From: an uncultured delta proteobacterium
GTDB lineage: Bacteria; Myxococcota; Kuafuiibacteriia; Kuafuiibacteriales; Kuafuiibacteriaceae
Direction of reading: 5' to 3'
DNA: 64,000 nt
Assembly (NCBI GenBank): GCA_963803435.1
Contig: CAWDML010000001.1
Location: 160,001-224,000, forward strand
In this document: positions 42,665-51,774 of the stretch, piece by piece
Numbering within the stretch: the stretch's first letter is position 1
Layout: each line of letters begins with the position of its first letter
Notes under the pieces: generated by a model
Database searches by the model: none
What the model was told of the DNA's origin: nothing
What the model saw: only the letters and a program-made list of their open reading frames with translations
Position numbers and translations under genes: made by a program

Positions 42665-44582
42665 GCCGCGGCTTCTTCAGCTCGGCCCCCAGCGCTCGCT
42701 CGCGCAGCTCTTCGGTGGAACGGACGCGGCGGCTGGTCGGCAGCGCCAGCACGTGATCATCCTCGATTAGGATCAGCCCCAGCCGATCGAGCTCAGCGAC
42801 CGAAGCTCGCACCTCCGTCTCGGTCCAGCGAGTGGAGAGGTCGCGGAGGAGGCGCGAGATCGAGTGCACCTCATCGCAGAGCAGGATCACTTCACGTCCG
42901 GGTGACTTGATCACGAACCGCCGCTCGATCTGCAGGCGCCGGTCCGTCACCTCCACGAAAGAATCACCCACCGCGTATTCACAGGACGGCGTCGGCGCTC
43001 GTTTGTGAGCGGCCAGCCAGATCGAGATCGTCTCTCTCAACTGCTGCACCACGCCTGAGCTCGCGCCCGATCCGAGCTCACCGTCGGGCAGATAGAAGTA
43101 GCCGATCTTCGTGGGATCGACCCGGCCCGCAGGAAAGTTCGCCCGATAGTCCGGACGCGGCGTGGCCTTCACCCCCCCAAAGTCTTCCGGATGCTCGAAC
43201 AGCGGCGCAAAGCGATGGAGCTCCACCGGGTGCAAGCTGTCGAGGGGCGGCTGCAGATGAAACAGGCGCGGGAGCCAGTCGAGCATGACCTGATAGTGCT
43301 CGGGAAGGTCGCCCGGAAATCCGAAGAGCAGGTTGTAGTGCGGGACGACACCGAGCTCGCGGCACCATCGGAGAAACTGCACCTGTTTCAAGCCGGTCGA
43401 CCACTTTCGCATCAGCTTCAAGAGCGGGGTCGAGAAGGACTCGATTCCAGGTTGGACGGCGTTCACTCCCGCCCGCTTCATCCGCGCGACGTCGGCCTTG
43501 GCGAGATCGGCCCGCACCTCATAGAAGAGATCGAGATCGATCCCGGACCGCTCGAAGCGCGAGAAGAGCTCCTCGCGATGCTCTCGCGACAAGATCCAAT
43601 CCGTGGCGAGGAAGCGCGTCACGCCGTGCTCCCGTGCCATCTCGGTGACTTCACCGACGACGCGCTCCGGTGACTTGGAGCGGAAGTGCATCACGTCGGG
43701 GTTGATCCCGCAAAAGACGCAGTGCTGTGTCTCTCCCCACCAGCAGCCGCGGGAGCTCTCGTAGAGGAGGAAGTCGATCTCGATGCGAGTCTTGAGCGCC
43801 TGCTCCACCCTCTGCTTGGCGTGGAAGTACGGACGATAGGTGGGCGCCGGAACGCGGTTCATGTCCGCGACGTGCACCGAGCTGACCGTGTCCACCGTGG
43901 TTCGGGTGGTGACTCCACCGATCTCGATCGCGCGTCCTTCACGGACACACCGAAGGAACTCGCGGAAGCTCTCCTCCGCTTCACCGAGAAAGACGTGATC
44001 CAGCAGGTCGGGGAAGGCGCGCTGGTACTCCCTGCCCATCTCTCCGTCGAAGCAGGCGCCGCCCACCACGACGATGAGCTCGGGCTGCTCGCGTTTGAGC
44101 CGAGCGGCGAGCGCGAGGCTCGCGAGCGCCTGGTTGAAGGTGGCGGTGAAGCCGACGATCACCGGCGACTCTTCCAGGATCCGACGCGCCATCTCTTCGA
44201 GGAACGACGGGATCACCTCGTCGCGCACGCGGCGAAGGAATGAGACATCGCTGAGCGCCTCCGGTATCCCTGCGCCGATCGGCTCATCGCGCAGGATCTT
44301 GGTGAACACGTCGAGATAGGCGTCGCTGTCGAGCTTCTGGGGTGTGAACAGGTTGCAAGCGAAGAGGTGCTCCGAAGCCCCGTAGAGCGAGTTCTCGTTG
44401 GCCATCGCGTCCGCGATCTCCAGGCCCACGTGAGGCACCAGATCGACGTTGCCGAAGTAGCTGCGACAGGCGGCTCCGACCTCCTCACAGATGCGGGTGA
44501 GGATCCCGAGCGCGATCGACGGACGGCGTGGGCTGGCCCAGGGCATGGAGACCAGCGCGATCTGGAGCGGGGCATCAGCCAT
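42639..44582 (-). CDS. Cobalamin-dependent radical SAM C-methyltransferase, RiPP-maturation family
   Basis: LVSMPW..PSIALG, GFTATFNQ, ESSRGCWWGETQHCVFCG, QPGIESFS, NLLFGFPGD, HLQPP, RFAP. Confidence 0.88.
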   Translation of the reverse strand: MADAPLQIALVSMPWASPRRPSIALGILTRICEEVGAACRSYFGNVDLVPHVGLEIADAMANENSLYGASEHLFACNLFTPQKLDSDAYLDVFTKILRDEPIGAGIPEALSDVSFLRRVRDEVIPSFLEEMARRILEESPVIVGFTATFNQALASLALAARLKREQPELIVVVGGACFDGEMGREYQRAFPDLLDHVFLGEAEESFREFLRCVREGRAIEIGGVTTRTTVDTVSSVHVADMNRVPAPTYRPYFHAKQRVEQALKTRIEIDFLLYESSRGCWWGETQHCVFCGINPDVMHFRSKSPERVVGEVTEMAREHGVTRFLATDWILSREHREELFSRFERSGIDLDLFYEVRADLAKADVARMKRAGVNAVQPGIESFSTPLLKLMRKWSTGLKQVQFLRWCRELGVVPHYNLLFGFPGDLPEHYQVMLDWLPRLFHLQPPLDSLHPVELHRFAPLFEHPEDFGGVKATPRPDYRANFPAGRVDPTKIGYFYLPDGELGSGASSGVVQQLRETISIWLAAHKRAPTPSCEYAVGDSFVEVTDRRLQIERRFVIKSPGREVILLCDEVHSISRLLRDLSTRWTETEVRASVAELDRLGLILIEDDHVLALPTSRRVRSTEELRERALGAELKKPRLTVLGEAG

Positions 44583-45489
44583 TCGATCTCCTTGTCACCT
44601 TGGCCAGGATCTCTTCCACCGCCCGGCCGACCCGCTCCTGAGTCTCCTCGGTCTGAGCGCCGATGTGAGGGGTCAACAGGACTCGCGGATGCGCTCGAAG
44701 CCGGGCAGGAAGCGCGGGCTCCTCGGCGACGGTGTCGAGGCCGGCACCACGCACGCGACCCTCGTCGAGCGCGTCGAGGAGCGCCTCCGTATCGATGAGC
44801 GGCCCCCGGGCCACGTTGACCAGGATCATGCCTGGCCGGACGCGGGCGAGCACGTGGCGTGAGATCAGCCCCTGCGTCTCCGGTTTCAAGGGCAGCGCGA
44901 GCACCAGGGCCTCGCTGGCTCCCAGGAGCTCGTCGAAGGAGACGATCGGCACCTCGGCGTTCGCGGGTCGGTTTGGTCCGTTGTGCGCGGCGACGGTCAT
45001 CCCGAACGCGGCGCCCAGCCGGCAGACGCGGCGCCCGACGTCTCCATACCCGAGGACCCCGAGCCGCCGGCCCTGCAGCTCCGTTCCCAGGGTCTGCCAC
45101 TTCGGCCAGCCCCCCGCCGCGACCGCGGCGTGGAGGTCCACGATCCGCCGCACCAGCGCGAGCAACATTCCGATGGCGAGCTCGGCGACCGCGGGGGCGG
45201 ACTGCGGGGTCGTAGAGAGATCGATCCCCCGCTCCCGCAGCGCCGATAGATCGATGTTGTCGACGCCGGTGCCGGCGCGGATCACGGCGCACAAGCGCGG
45301 GCACGCGTCGATCATGGCGCGTGAGAGACGGTGCGGCGAACGGATGATGACGACTTCGACCTCGGGCGCCGCTTCGGCGAAGGCGTCGAGGTCCGGCATC
45401 TCCTGGTGGAGCAAAAGGCGATGCTGCGCCCCGATGCGGCCTAGAGATCTCGGAGCGATCGCTCCCAGCACCGCCACGCCGAGCGTCAA
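44575..45489 (-). CDS. D-isomer-specific 2-hydroxyacid dehydrogenase (PGDH-like)
   Basis: RAGTGVDNID, AVAELA, GVLGYGDVG, VNVARG, LTPHIGAQT. TTG start overlaps the upstream TGA. Confidence 0.88.
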   Translation of the reverse strand: MTLGVAVLGAIAPRSLGRIGAQHRLLLHQEMPDLDAFAEAAPEVEVVIIRSPHRLSRAMIDACPRLCAVIRAGTGVDNIDLSALRERGIDLSTTPQSAPAVAELAIGMLLALVRRIVDLHAAVAAGGWPKWQTLGTELQGRRLGVLGYGDVGRRVCRLGAAFGMTVAAHNGPNRPANAEVPIVSFDELLGASEALVLALPLKPETQGLISRHVLARVRPGMILVNVARGPLIDTEALLDALDEGRVRGAGLDTVAEEPALPARLRAHPRVLLTPHIGAQTEETQERVGRAVEEILAKVTRRSNG

Positions 45490-47721
45490 AGAATGTCTCC
45501 CAGATACCGATCCTCGGGCTTTCGCGGAGCTCGGGGAAGAAAGACCTCCATGATGTGCGGGAAGTAGCGGTAGCGATAGTTCGCCCCCTCCTTGGGGAAC
45601 CTGTTGAGGAAGGAGCCGTCCAGGAGCTCCTGCTCGCTCACGATCTGGGTCGTCTCTCTCGACTCGGCCGCCGCGTCGGTGATGAAGTAGCGCGCGTCGC
45701 GACCGTCGATGCTCTTCTCGGCCAGTGTCGCCAGCACCACGTGTCCCGAGGTCTCGCAGGCATCCGCCACCAGGAAGACCACGCCGACTCCGCGCAGGAG
45801 GAGCTTCTTGGCCTGTTCGATCGCGGGTGCGACCAAGGGATAGAAGGCCGTCGCCGCGGTCTGATGGAGCCGGAACCGCTCGGGTGAGGGCGTCGCGATC
45901 TCCGAAGCGGTGCACCAGAAGCCGGCCTTTTCGCCGTCGATGGTGTCGACCCAGTACTCTCGCTCGCTCTTCCCTTCGCGATGGCGGGTGATTTGGAGCT
46001 CCGCCAGGAGTCCACCCCCGATGTCGCGGATGCGGAGGCGGGACAGCTCCTCGGGATCCGTCCTGGTCGCCAGGCCATCGACGTTCGACTGCTGATCCAG
46101 GATGTGGTCCGGGTCCACGTACAAGCCGAGACGCGCCGCCGGGGCGCTCCAGAGCTCGTCGAAGTCCATCCAGGGCCCCTTCGGCTTCGGCGTCGAGGGC
46201 TCCCACGACAGCGGCGCGGCGAGATACTCCCTGCCCCGCTCCGTCACCCGCACATCGACGACTCTGATCCCGGTCTCGGTCCTGCTGGACGTGTCGTAGA
46301 TGGGGATGAGGCCGCCCCGGCCCGCGGCGAGCCCTCGAATCGATCTCGGCCCTTGCGGTCTCCTTGGCCGTATCGCCGGCTTGGTTGGTGCGGATCCGGA
46401 TCGGATCGCTGAAGCCGACGAACTTCCTCATCGTCTCGCCGGTCTTTGGCACACCGGAGCGCCGCGAGGCGTGGTTGCGACGGATCTCTGCCAGCGCGTC
46501 CGAGAGCGGTACGGGCAGCAGGCCCTGCGGCACGCGCTGCGCCAACTCCGCGGTGGCTCGAGCCAGCGTGGGCTCGTCGCAGTCGCGTCCGAGCATGTGA
46601 TCCTTCAGCGTGCTCCGGTTCGAGTCGTTACACGCCTCGTAGTAGGGGAGGATCGCGTCGAGCCAGATGTTTCCTCTCGCGCTCCGATCGATGGTACCGA
46701 ACGCCTCCGCGACGGCGAGCTGCGCCTGGAAGTGGTGCGCTTGGTTCGTCACGTCGCTGAAGGGCGTCTCGGTCAACCACCAGGCATAGGCGCAGTTCCG
46801 CTCCGCCTCCGCCATCACGGTGACGTTGTTGATGCAGCCGTCCTCGATCTGAGGAAACAGCACGCTGCCCTTTCCATTCAAGCGATCGCGGAACGATACG
46901 TTGTCGCCGAAGATGTCGCGCACACAGATACGCCGGAGGAGCTCGTCGCGCGGCTTCCCCGCGATCTCGGAGGCGAACCGGCGCAGGCCCTCCTGAGCGC
47001 GCTGCCGCGCCACCTCGCCGGCGGGCATCCCGATCGACGCGCCGTACGCCTCGACGCCGGAGGGGACGAGCCAGCCCTCCTGCGCACCGACCGCCTGTAG
47101 ATAGGCCGCCTGCACCAGCCCGACACTCTCGGCGTCGGGCGCTGCCCGCTCCAACCGCTTCAGCGTGGCTCTGACCTCGCCGGTGATCTGGCCGGCCAGC
47201 ATGACGCTGGCGATGAGCGCGGCGTCCTCGATCCCGAGGAAGCCGTGCTGGCCGACCTCGGTGTCGGTCAGGCGCTCGGCCACTCCGCGCAAGACGGCCA
47301 GCTTGGTGGCGGCGTCGAGGCGCTCGGGATGATCGGACGCGAGCTGAGCGCGCGACATCTCGGCGAACGCCTCCATCGCGGCGGGCGCCTTCGTGCCGAT
47401 CTTCAGCACGCTGCCGAGCATGGCGAGCTGGCGATGGACCTCCCCGTCGTCGAGGGTGCGCAGGTACGCCTTGATCGCGTTCCCGTCACGGACCGGTACT
47501 CCGAAGCGCGCCAGCGAGTAGTTGACGAAGTCGTCGAGGGCCTTCCGCGGGGTGGGCGAGTCGGCTTGAACCGCGGGAAGGTCAGGCTGCTCCCACGGCC
47601 GGGCCAGCGTCAGATCGAGCTCATCGACCGCGCGCAGCACGTCCTCCAGGGCCGCGGATTCGGTACGCGCGTCCGCCGGAACGACGCGCCGAGGTCCGTC
47701 GATGCCCGCGGGGTCTTTCAC
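45486..47721 (-). CDS. Large hypothetical protein (~744 aa) with a +1 frameshift at 46337-46341; possible papain/C39-like catalytic motifs
   Basis: Removing one base at GAATC joins the 47721 N-terminal frame to the 45486..46253 frame. Motifs QIEDGC, SGHVVL, YFITD. Confidence 0.55.
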
Positions 47722-48245
47722 GACACGGCGCGGCGACGTCGCAGCTTGGGCCTCGCCTGCTTCGCGAGCTCCGCACGAAGCGCGACCTGGCCCTGATAGC
47801 GCGAGCCCGGCAGGGTGACCGGCGCCGGCGGTTCCGCGGCCCCGCAGAACCGCTGGAATCGCGTCAGCAGATCAGAGCCGAGGTTGACGCCCCCTCGAAG
47901 CAGGTCGGCCACGCTGCTCTTGAGCTTGTGATAGAGCTTGAGGGCGATCTGCTGCAGCGTGGTGGCTGTCTCTTTGGTGGTCTCCGAGTTCGTCGCCGCG
48001 GCGCGATCCGAGATGACGAGCGAGAACGCGTAGAGCGTCTCGATGGCGGTGAAGAACTCGCTCGGATCCTTCTCGAGCCCCAGGATGTACTGCTCGACGG
48101 CGCCTGCGCCCGAGGGCTCGAGCGCGAACTGGGGTCTGCCATCGGAAAGCTGATGCGTTCGGACCCAGCGGCGGAGCTGCTGCTTCACGCCTTCGTGCCG
48201 CTTCTCTCCCACACGGCGATGGTAGCGAGCGAGTCCGGACAACAT
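47718..48245 (-). CDS. Hypothetical protein
   Basis: ORF fills the gap between co-oriented genes; GTGA coupling to the next gene. Confidence 0.5.
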   Translation of the reverse strand: MLSGLARYHRRVGEKRHEGVKQQLRRWVRTHQLSDGRPQFALEPSGAGAVEQYILGLEKDPSEFFTAIETLYAFSLVISDRAAATNSETTKETATTLQQIALKLYHKLKSSVADLLRGGVNLGSDLLTRFQRFCGAAEPPAPVTLPGSRYQGQVALRAELAKQARPKLRRRRAVS

Positions 48246-48258
48246 GATTACACCGCGC

Positions 48259-50115
48259 TTATCGAGGACCTGAAGCGAGATCAGTCTTCCCGTCGCGCAC
48301 GACGGAAGCAATCGAGGAAACCAGATGGTCGATGTCCGCGGCCCCGAGGTTGATATTCGTAGTTACCCGCACCGCCCCAGAGGCGCCCTGGCCGGACGCC
48401 GCCAGATGGATCCGGTGTTCCTTCAGCAGCCGCTCCGCGAGCTCGGCGTAGTCCTCGAGACTCGGGAGCGTGAAGGCGACGATGCCGGAGGCGAGCTCCG
48501 GGTCCTTTGGCCCGATCACGCGAACGCCCGGGATCTGGCTCAGCCCGGCCCGCAGCCGATCGGCAAGATCGTGGATCCGATGCTCGACCGCCTCCTGGGT
48601 CAGGCCGCGATGGATCTCCAGCGCCGACGACAGCCCGGCGTACTTCGCAGGGCTGGCGGCGCCCGGCCGCTCGAACTTGTCGATCGAGCCTGAGGTGTCG
48701 TGGCCTCGGTGACGTGCGTTTGGCTTGATCCGAGGAATCACCTCCTCACGCACGAAGAGGAAGGCGGTCTCGGGAACGCCCATCCACTTGTGGAGCGCGG
48801 CCGCGTAGACGTCGCAGCCGAGGTCCGCGAGATCGAGCTTGATGTGACCCGGCGCGTGCGCCCCGTCGACGACGGTGAGGATCCCTCGCTCGCGGCAGTA
48901 GGCGCTGATCTCCTCGATGGGAAGCTTTGCTCCGGTGACCCCGCTGATGTGGGTCAGCACCAGTACCTTCGGCTTCCTCTCGTCGATCGCGGACAGGAGG
49001 GCGTCGAGCACCTGCTGCTTGGTCCCGGACGAGAGGAGATCTGCGATCGGCACCACGCCCAGCGCGATGCCATCCTTCGCCTCCAGCTCCCTGAGGCGAT
49101 CGAAGCTGCCGTGGTGGTTGTCGTCGGTGGTGAGGATCTGGTCGCCCCGCTCCAGCACGAGGCCGGACAGGATCTCCTTCAAGCCTTCGGACGTGCTCGA
49201 GGTGATGAGGAGCTCCGTCGGCCGCGCTCCGAAGTGCCCCGCGAGCTCGTCGCGCGCCTTGTCCGCCACCTCCCAGCCTTTCGACTCCCCCAACGGGCTC
49301 TGCTCGTTGATTCGGATGAGGGCCTCGGCGGTCGCCTGGATCACCTGGCGAGGCGCGACACCCGCGCTCCCGGTCAGGAAGTTGGCGACCCCGTTCATCC
49401 TGGGGAAGCTCGCAGCGAGCTCGGCCCATCGAGCCTCGCTCAATCCGAACGTCGCGTTCTGGGCCTGCATCTCGGCGACCGTCGCGCTCTTCTTCAGCGC
49501 ACCGCTCTTCGTGAGATTGAGCGGAGTCATCAAGAGCGGCGCCGGGTCCCCGGGCAACGAGAACCGCACCGAGCGATCCAGGCGCTCGACCAGCGTCCTC
49601 GCCAGCACCAACATCGCCGCCTGCGAATCCCCGCGCTGCGTCGCGAGCTGGAGCGGCAGCGTCCGATCCCGGGGAACATCCGTGATCCGACCTTGCTCCA
49701 CGAAGGAGCCGATCAGCGCGCAGGCCTCCTTGGCGGCGTCATAGTCGGCGCGGCTGATCACCAGCGCGCGCAACATCAGGTGAAGCTCATCCAGCGCGGT
49801 CGCGTCTCCAGAGCTCACGCGGTCGAGGACCTCGGGCACCGCCGCCTCGAGCTCCTCCCGTCGGGCACGGAGCACCTCGATGGCTTCGCTTCGCTCCGCA
49901 CCGTCGATCGAGCGGAGCGTACCGAGGCCGACGTCCTCCAGCCTGCGCCAGATCCGCTCGACGTCCTGCCGCGCGCTCGCTCCTTCGATCCGCGCCCGGA
50001 GCGCGCGTTCGTCCTGCGGGAGGGTCTCGACGCCGAGCGAAGTCTTGAAGCGAGTCAGGAGAGCTGCGACGCGATCGTAGTCGAAGCTCGATGCATGTTC
50101 CTGCGTGAGGCGCAT
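48259..50115 (-). CDS. Class V PLP aminotransferase (CefD/SufS-like) with a ~230-aa unknown N-terminal extension
   Basis: TSSTSEGL, THISGVTG, VDGAHAPG, ALHKWMG (PLP Lys), SGIVAF. Confidence 0.82.
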   Translation of the reverse strand: MRLTQEHASSFDYDRVAALLTRFKTSLGVETLPQDERALRARIEGASARQDVERIWRRLEDVGLGTLRSIDGAERSEAIEVLRARREELEAAVPEVLDRVSSGDATALDELHLMLRALVISRADYDAAKEACALIGSFVEQGRITDVPRDRTLPLQLATQRGDSQAAMLVLARTLVERLDRSVRFSLPGDPAPLLMTPLNLTKSGALKKSATVAEMQAQNATFGLSEARWAELAASFPRMNGVANFLTGSAGVAPRQVIQATAEALIRINEQSPLGESKGWEVADKARDELAGHFGARPTELLITSSTSEGLKEILSGLVLERGDQILTTDDNHHGSFDRLRELEAKDGIALGVVPIADLLSSGTKQQVLDALLSAIDERKPKVLVLTHISGVTGAKLPIEEISAYCRERGILTVVDGAHAPGHIKLDLADLGCDVYAAALHKWMGVPETAFLFVREEVIPRIKPNARHRGHDTSGSIDKFERPGAASPAKYAGLSSALEIHRGLTQEAVEHRIHDLADRLRAGLSQIPGVRVIGPKDPELASGIVAFTLPSLEDYAELAERLLKEHRIHLAASGQGASGAVRVTTNINLGAADIDHLVSSIASVVRDGKTDLASGPR

Positions 50116-50116
50116 G

Positions 50117-50989
50117 TCAGACGGTGAGGCTGAGGACTCCCTCCACGTCGTCCGCGCCGACGGCCTCGGAGATGCGCTCCACCGAAGCGATCAGGTGCTT
50201 GGTGGCCGAGATGCCACTTCCCTGGGTGAGCTCCCGCGCCACCTCGAACATCGCCAGGTAGGCTGCCCGCACCAGCTGATTGGCATAGATCAGGTGCGTG
50301 ATGCCCATCTCCTGGAAGACCTTCGCTGCCAGGTCCGGAAACATCGTGGGCGCATAGAAGATCGGCGTGCGGCCGGCCCAGTGGGAGCAGAACTTGCTCA
50401 ACCCCTTCAGGTGGTCGGCATTCACGGCGTGAACGAAGACCGCATCCGCTCCGTGCTCGATGTACTGCTGGCAGCGAGAGATCGCTTCGGGGACGCCCAG
50501 CCCCGCGACCAGCGCCTCGGTCCGGGCGACGACGCGGCCTTTTCCGTCGGCGGCCTTCTTGGCGGCGGCGAGCCGCGCGCAGTGGGTCTCGGCCGACGCG
50601 AGCTCCCGTTTGCCGGTGTTGTAGAGGCTCGACCGCTTCGAGGTCAGGTTGTCCTCGATGCAGAGCACGCTCGCGCCGGCGTGGAAGAGATCGCGGGACG
50701 CGTGCAAGACCTTCAGCGGATCGCCGAAGCCCGCGTCCATGTCGACGACCACCGGAATCCGGATCACCTTGGCGACAAAGGAGGCCACGCGCGCCAGCGT
50801 CTCCGCGTCGAGGATTCCTGCGTCCGGTAGGCCGTGCGCCGCAGACGTGCCGAAGCCGCTCAGCCAGACGAAGTCGGCGCCCGCTTCCGCCGCGACGAGC
50901 GCCGAGAGCCCGTCGTGGATACCGAGCCCGATCTGCTGGTGACGGGCGATGAACTCCGCGGCTGACACCTCATCCATGCCCTCCAGCAT
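50117..50989 (-). CDS. PEP mutase / isocitrate lyase superfamily enzyme (PepM/phosphonopyruvate hydrolase clade, variant motif)
   Basis: HDGLSA, WLSGFGTSAAHGLPD, VDMDAGFG, EDNLTSKRSS (canonical EDKx5NS), VARTEAL, IYANQLVRAA. Confidence 0.78.
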   Translation of the reverse strand: MLEGMDEVSAAEFIARHQQIGLGIHDGLSALVAAEAGADFVWLSGFGTSAAHGLPDAGILDAETLARVASFVAKVIRIPVVVDMDAGFGDPLKVLHASRDLFHAGASVLCIEDNLTSKRSSLYNTGKRELASAETHCARLAAAKKAADGKGRVVARTEALVAGLGVPEAISRCQQYIEHGADAVFVHAVNADHLKGLSKFCSHWAGRTPIFYAPTMFPDLAAKVFQEMGITHLIYANQLVRAAYLAMFEVARELTQGSGISATKHLIASVERISEAVGADDVEGVLSLTV

Positions 50990-51229
50990 TCCAGCGCGGT
51001 GGTGCTTCGTCCAGACACGATCGACACTGAAGCCCGGGTGGCGTCTGGGTATCCCTTGAGCACCGAGCGATCGTGCACCCCGCCGCGTGTCGATGGCGCC
51101 TGTGCCGTCGAGACGAGGATCGCGATGTCGCGGTGATCGTCGAACCCGCTGCGCCGGATGGTGCGGTCAATTCTCCCAGGGTCTCGAGGCCGGGCCCCTG
51201 AGGACCGCGCGGCTCCACCACGCTCGGAG

Positions 51230-51586
51230 CTAGGAAGACCCGCCGCGCCACGCACGCCGAAAGCCCCCGCTCACCACGAAGCGCGGGAACGTGATCCACT
51301 GCTCCACGAACAGCCTCGCCACCACGTCGAGCGGCCCCTTGAACGGCACCGGCGCGCTCGACTCCATCTTGTGCCCGCGCCCCTGCGCGGCGACGGCGAC
51401 GATCATCCCGCCCAGCCCGGCGAACGCCGTCCACCCGATCAACGGCGCCATCGCGAGCCAGGCGCTGCCGGTGACGAACATCGGGACCGTGACGGCGTGG
51501 ATGATGAGGTTGCGGCGATCGCGGTGGCCGTCCGGGTAAAGGGACCACTGCCAGCGGACGAGGCCACCTTCCCTGACTTCGCTCAT
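51230..51586 (-). CDS. DUF962/Mpo1-like membrane protein
   Basis: YPDGHRDRRNLIIHAVTVP and QGRGHKME. Confidence 0.7.
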   Translation of the reverse strand: MSEVREGGLVRWQWSLYPDGHRDRRNLIIHAVTVPMFVTGSAWLAMAPLIGWTAFAGLGGMIVAVAAQGRGHKMESSAPVPFKGPLDVVARLFVEQWITFPRFVVSGGFRRAWRGGSS

Positions 51587-51774
51587 GGGCGGCATGATGG
51601 GCGCTCGGGCCTCAGAAGAACAAGCGGACGCCGAAGCCGACACCGCGGTTGAAGTCGTAGTCGATCTCCAGCATCTCGAGGAGCGCGAAGGCGGTGGCTG
51701 CGAGGACCGGGGCAGTGCGCAGGCCCCATCGTACCGCTTGACTAACCGCCGGGCCTCGGGCGAACCCAGCCGCC

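Noticed and set aside
44575-47721. 1,048-aa fusion of a hypothetical with the dehydrogenase
   Set aside because: Artefact of the 46337 frameshift. The middle is off-frame and the dehydrogenase has its own coupled TTG start at 45489.
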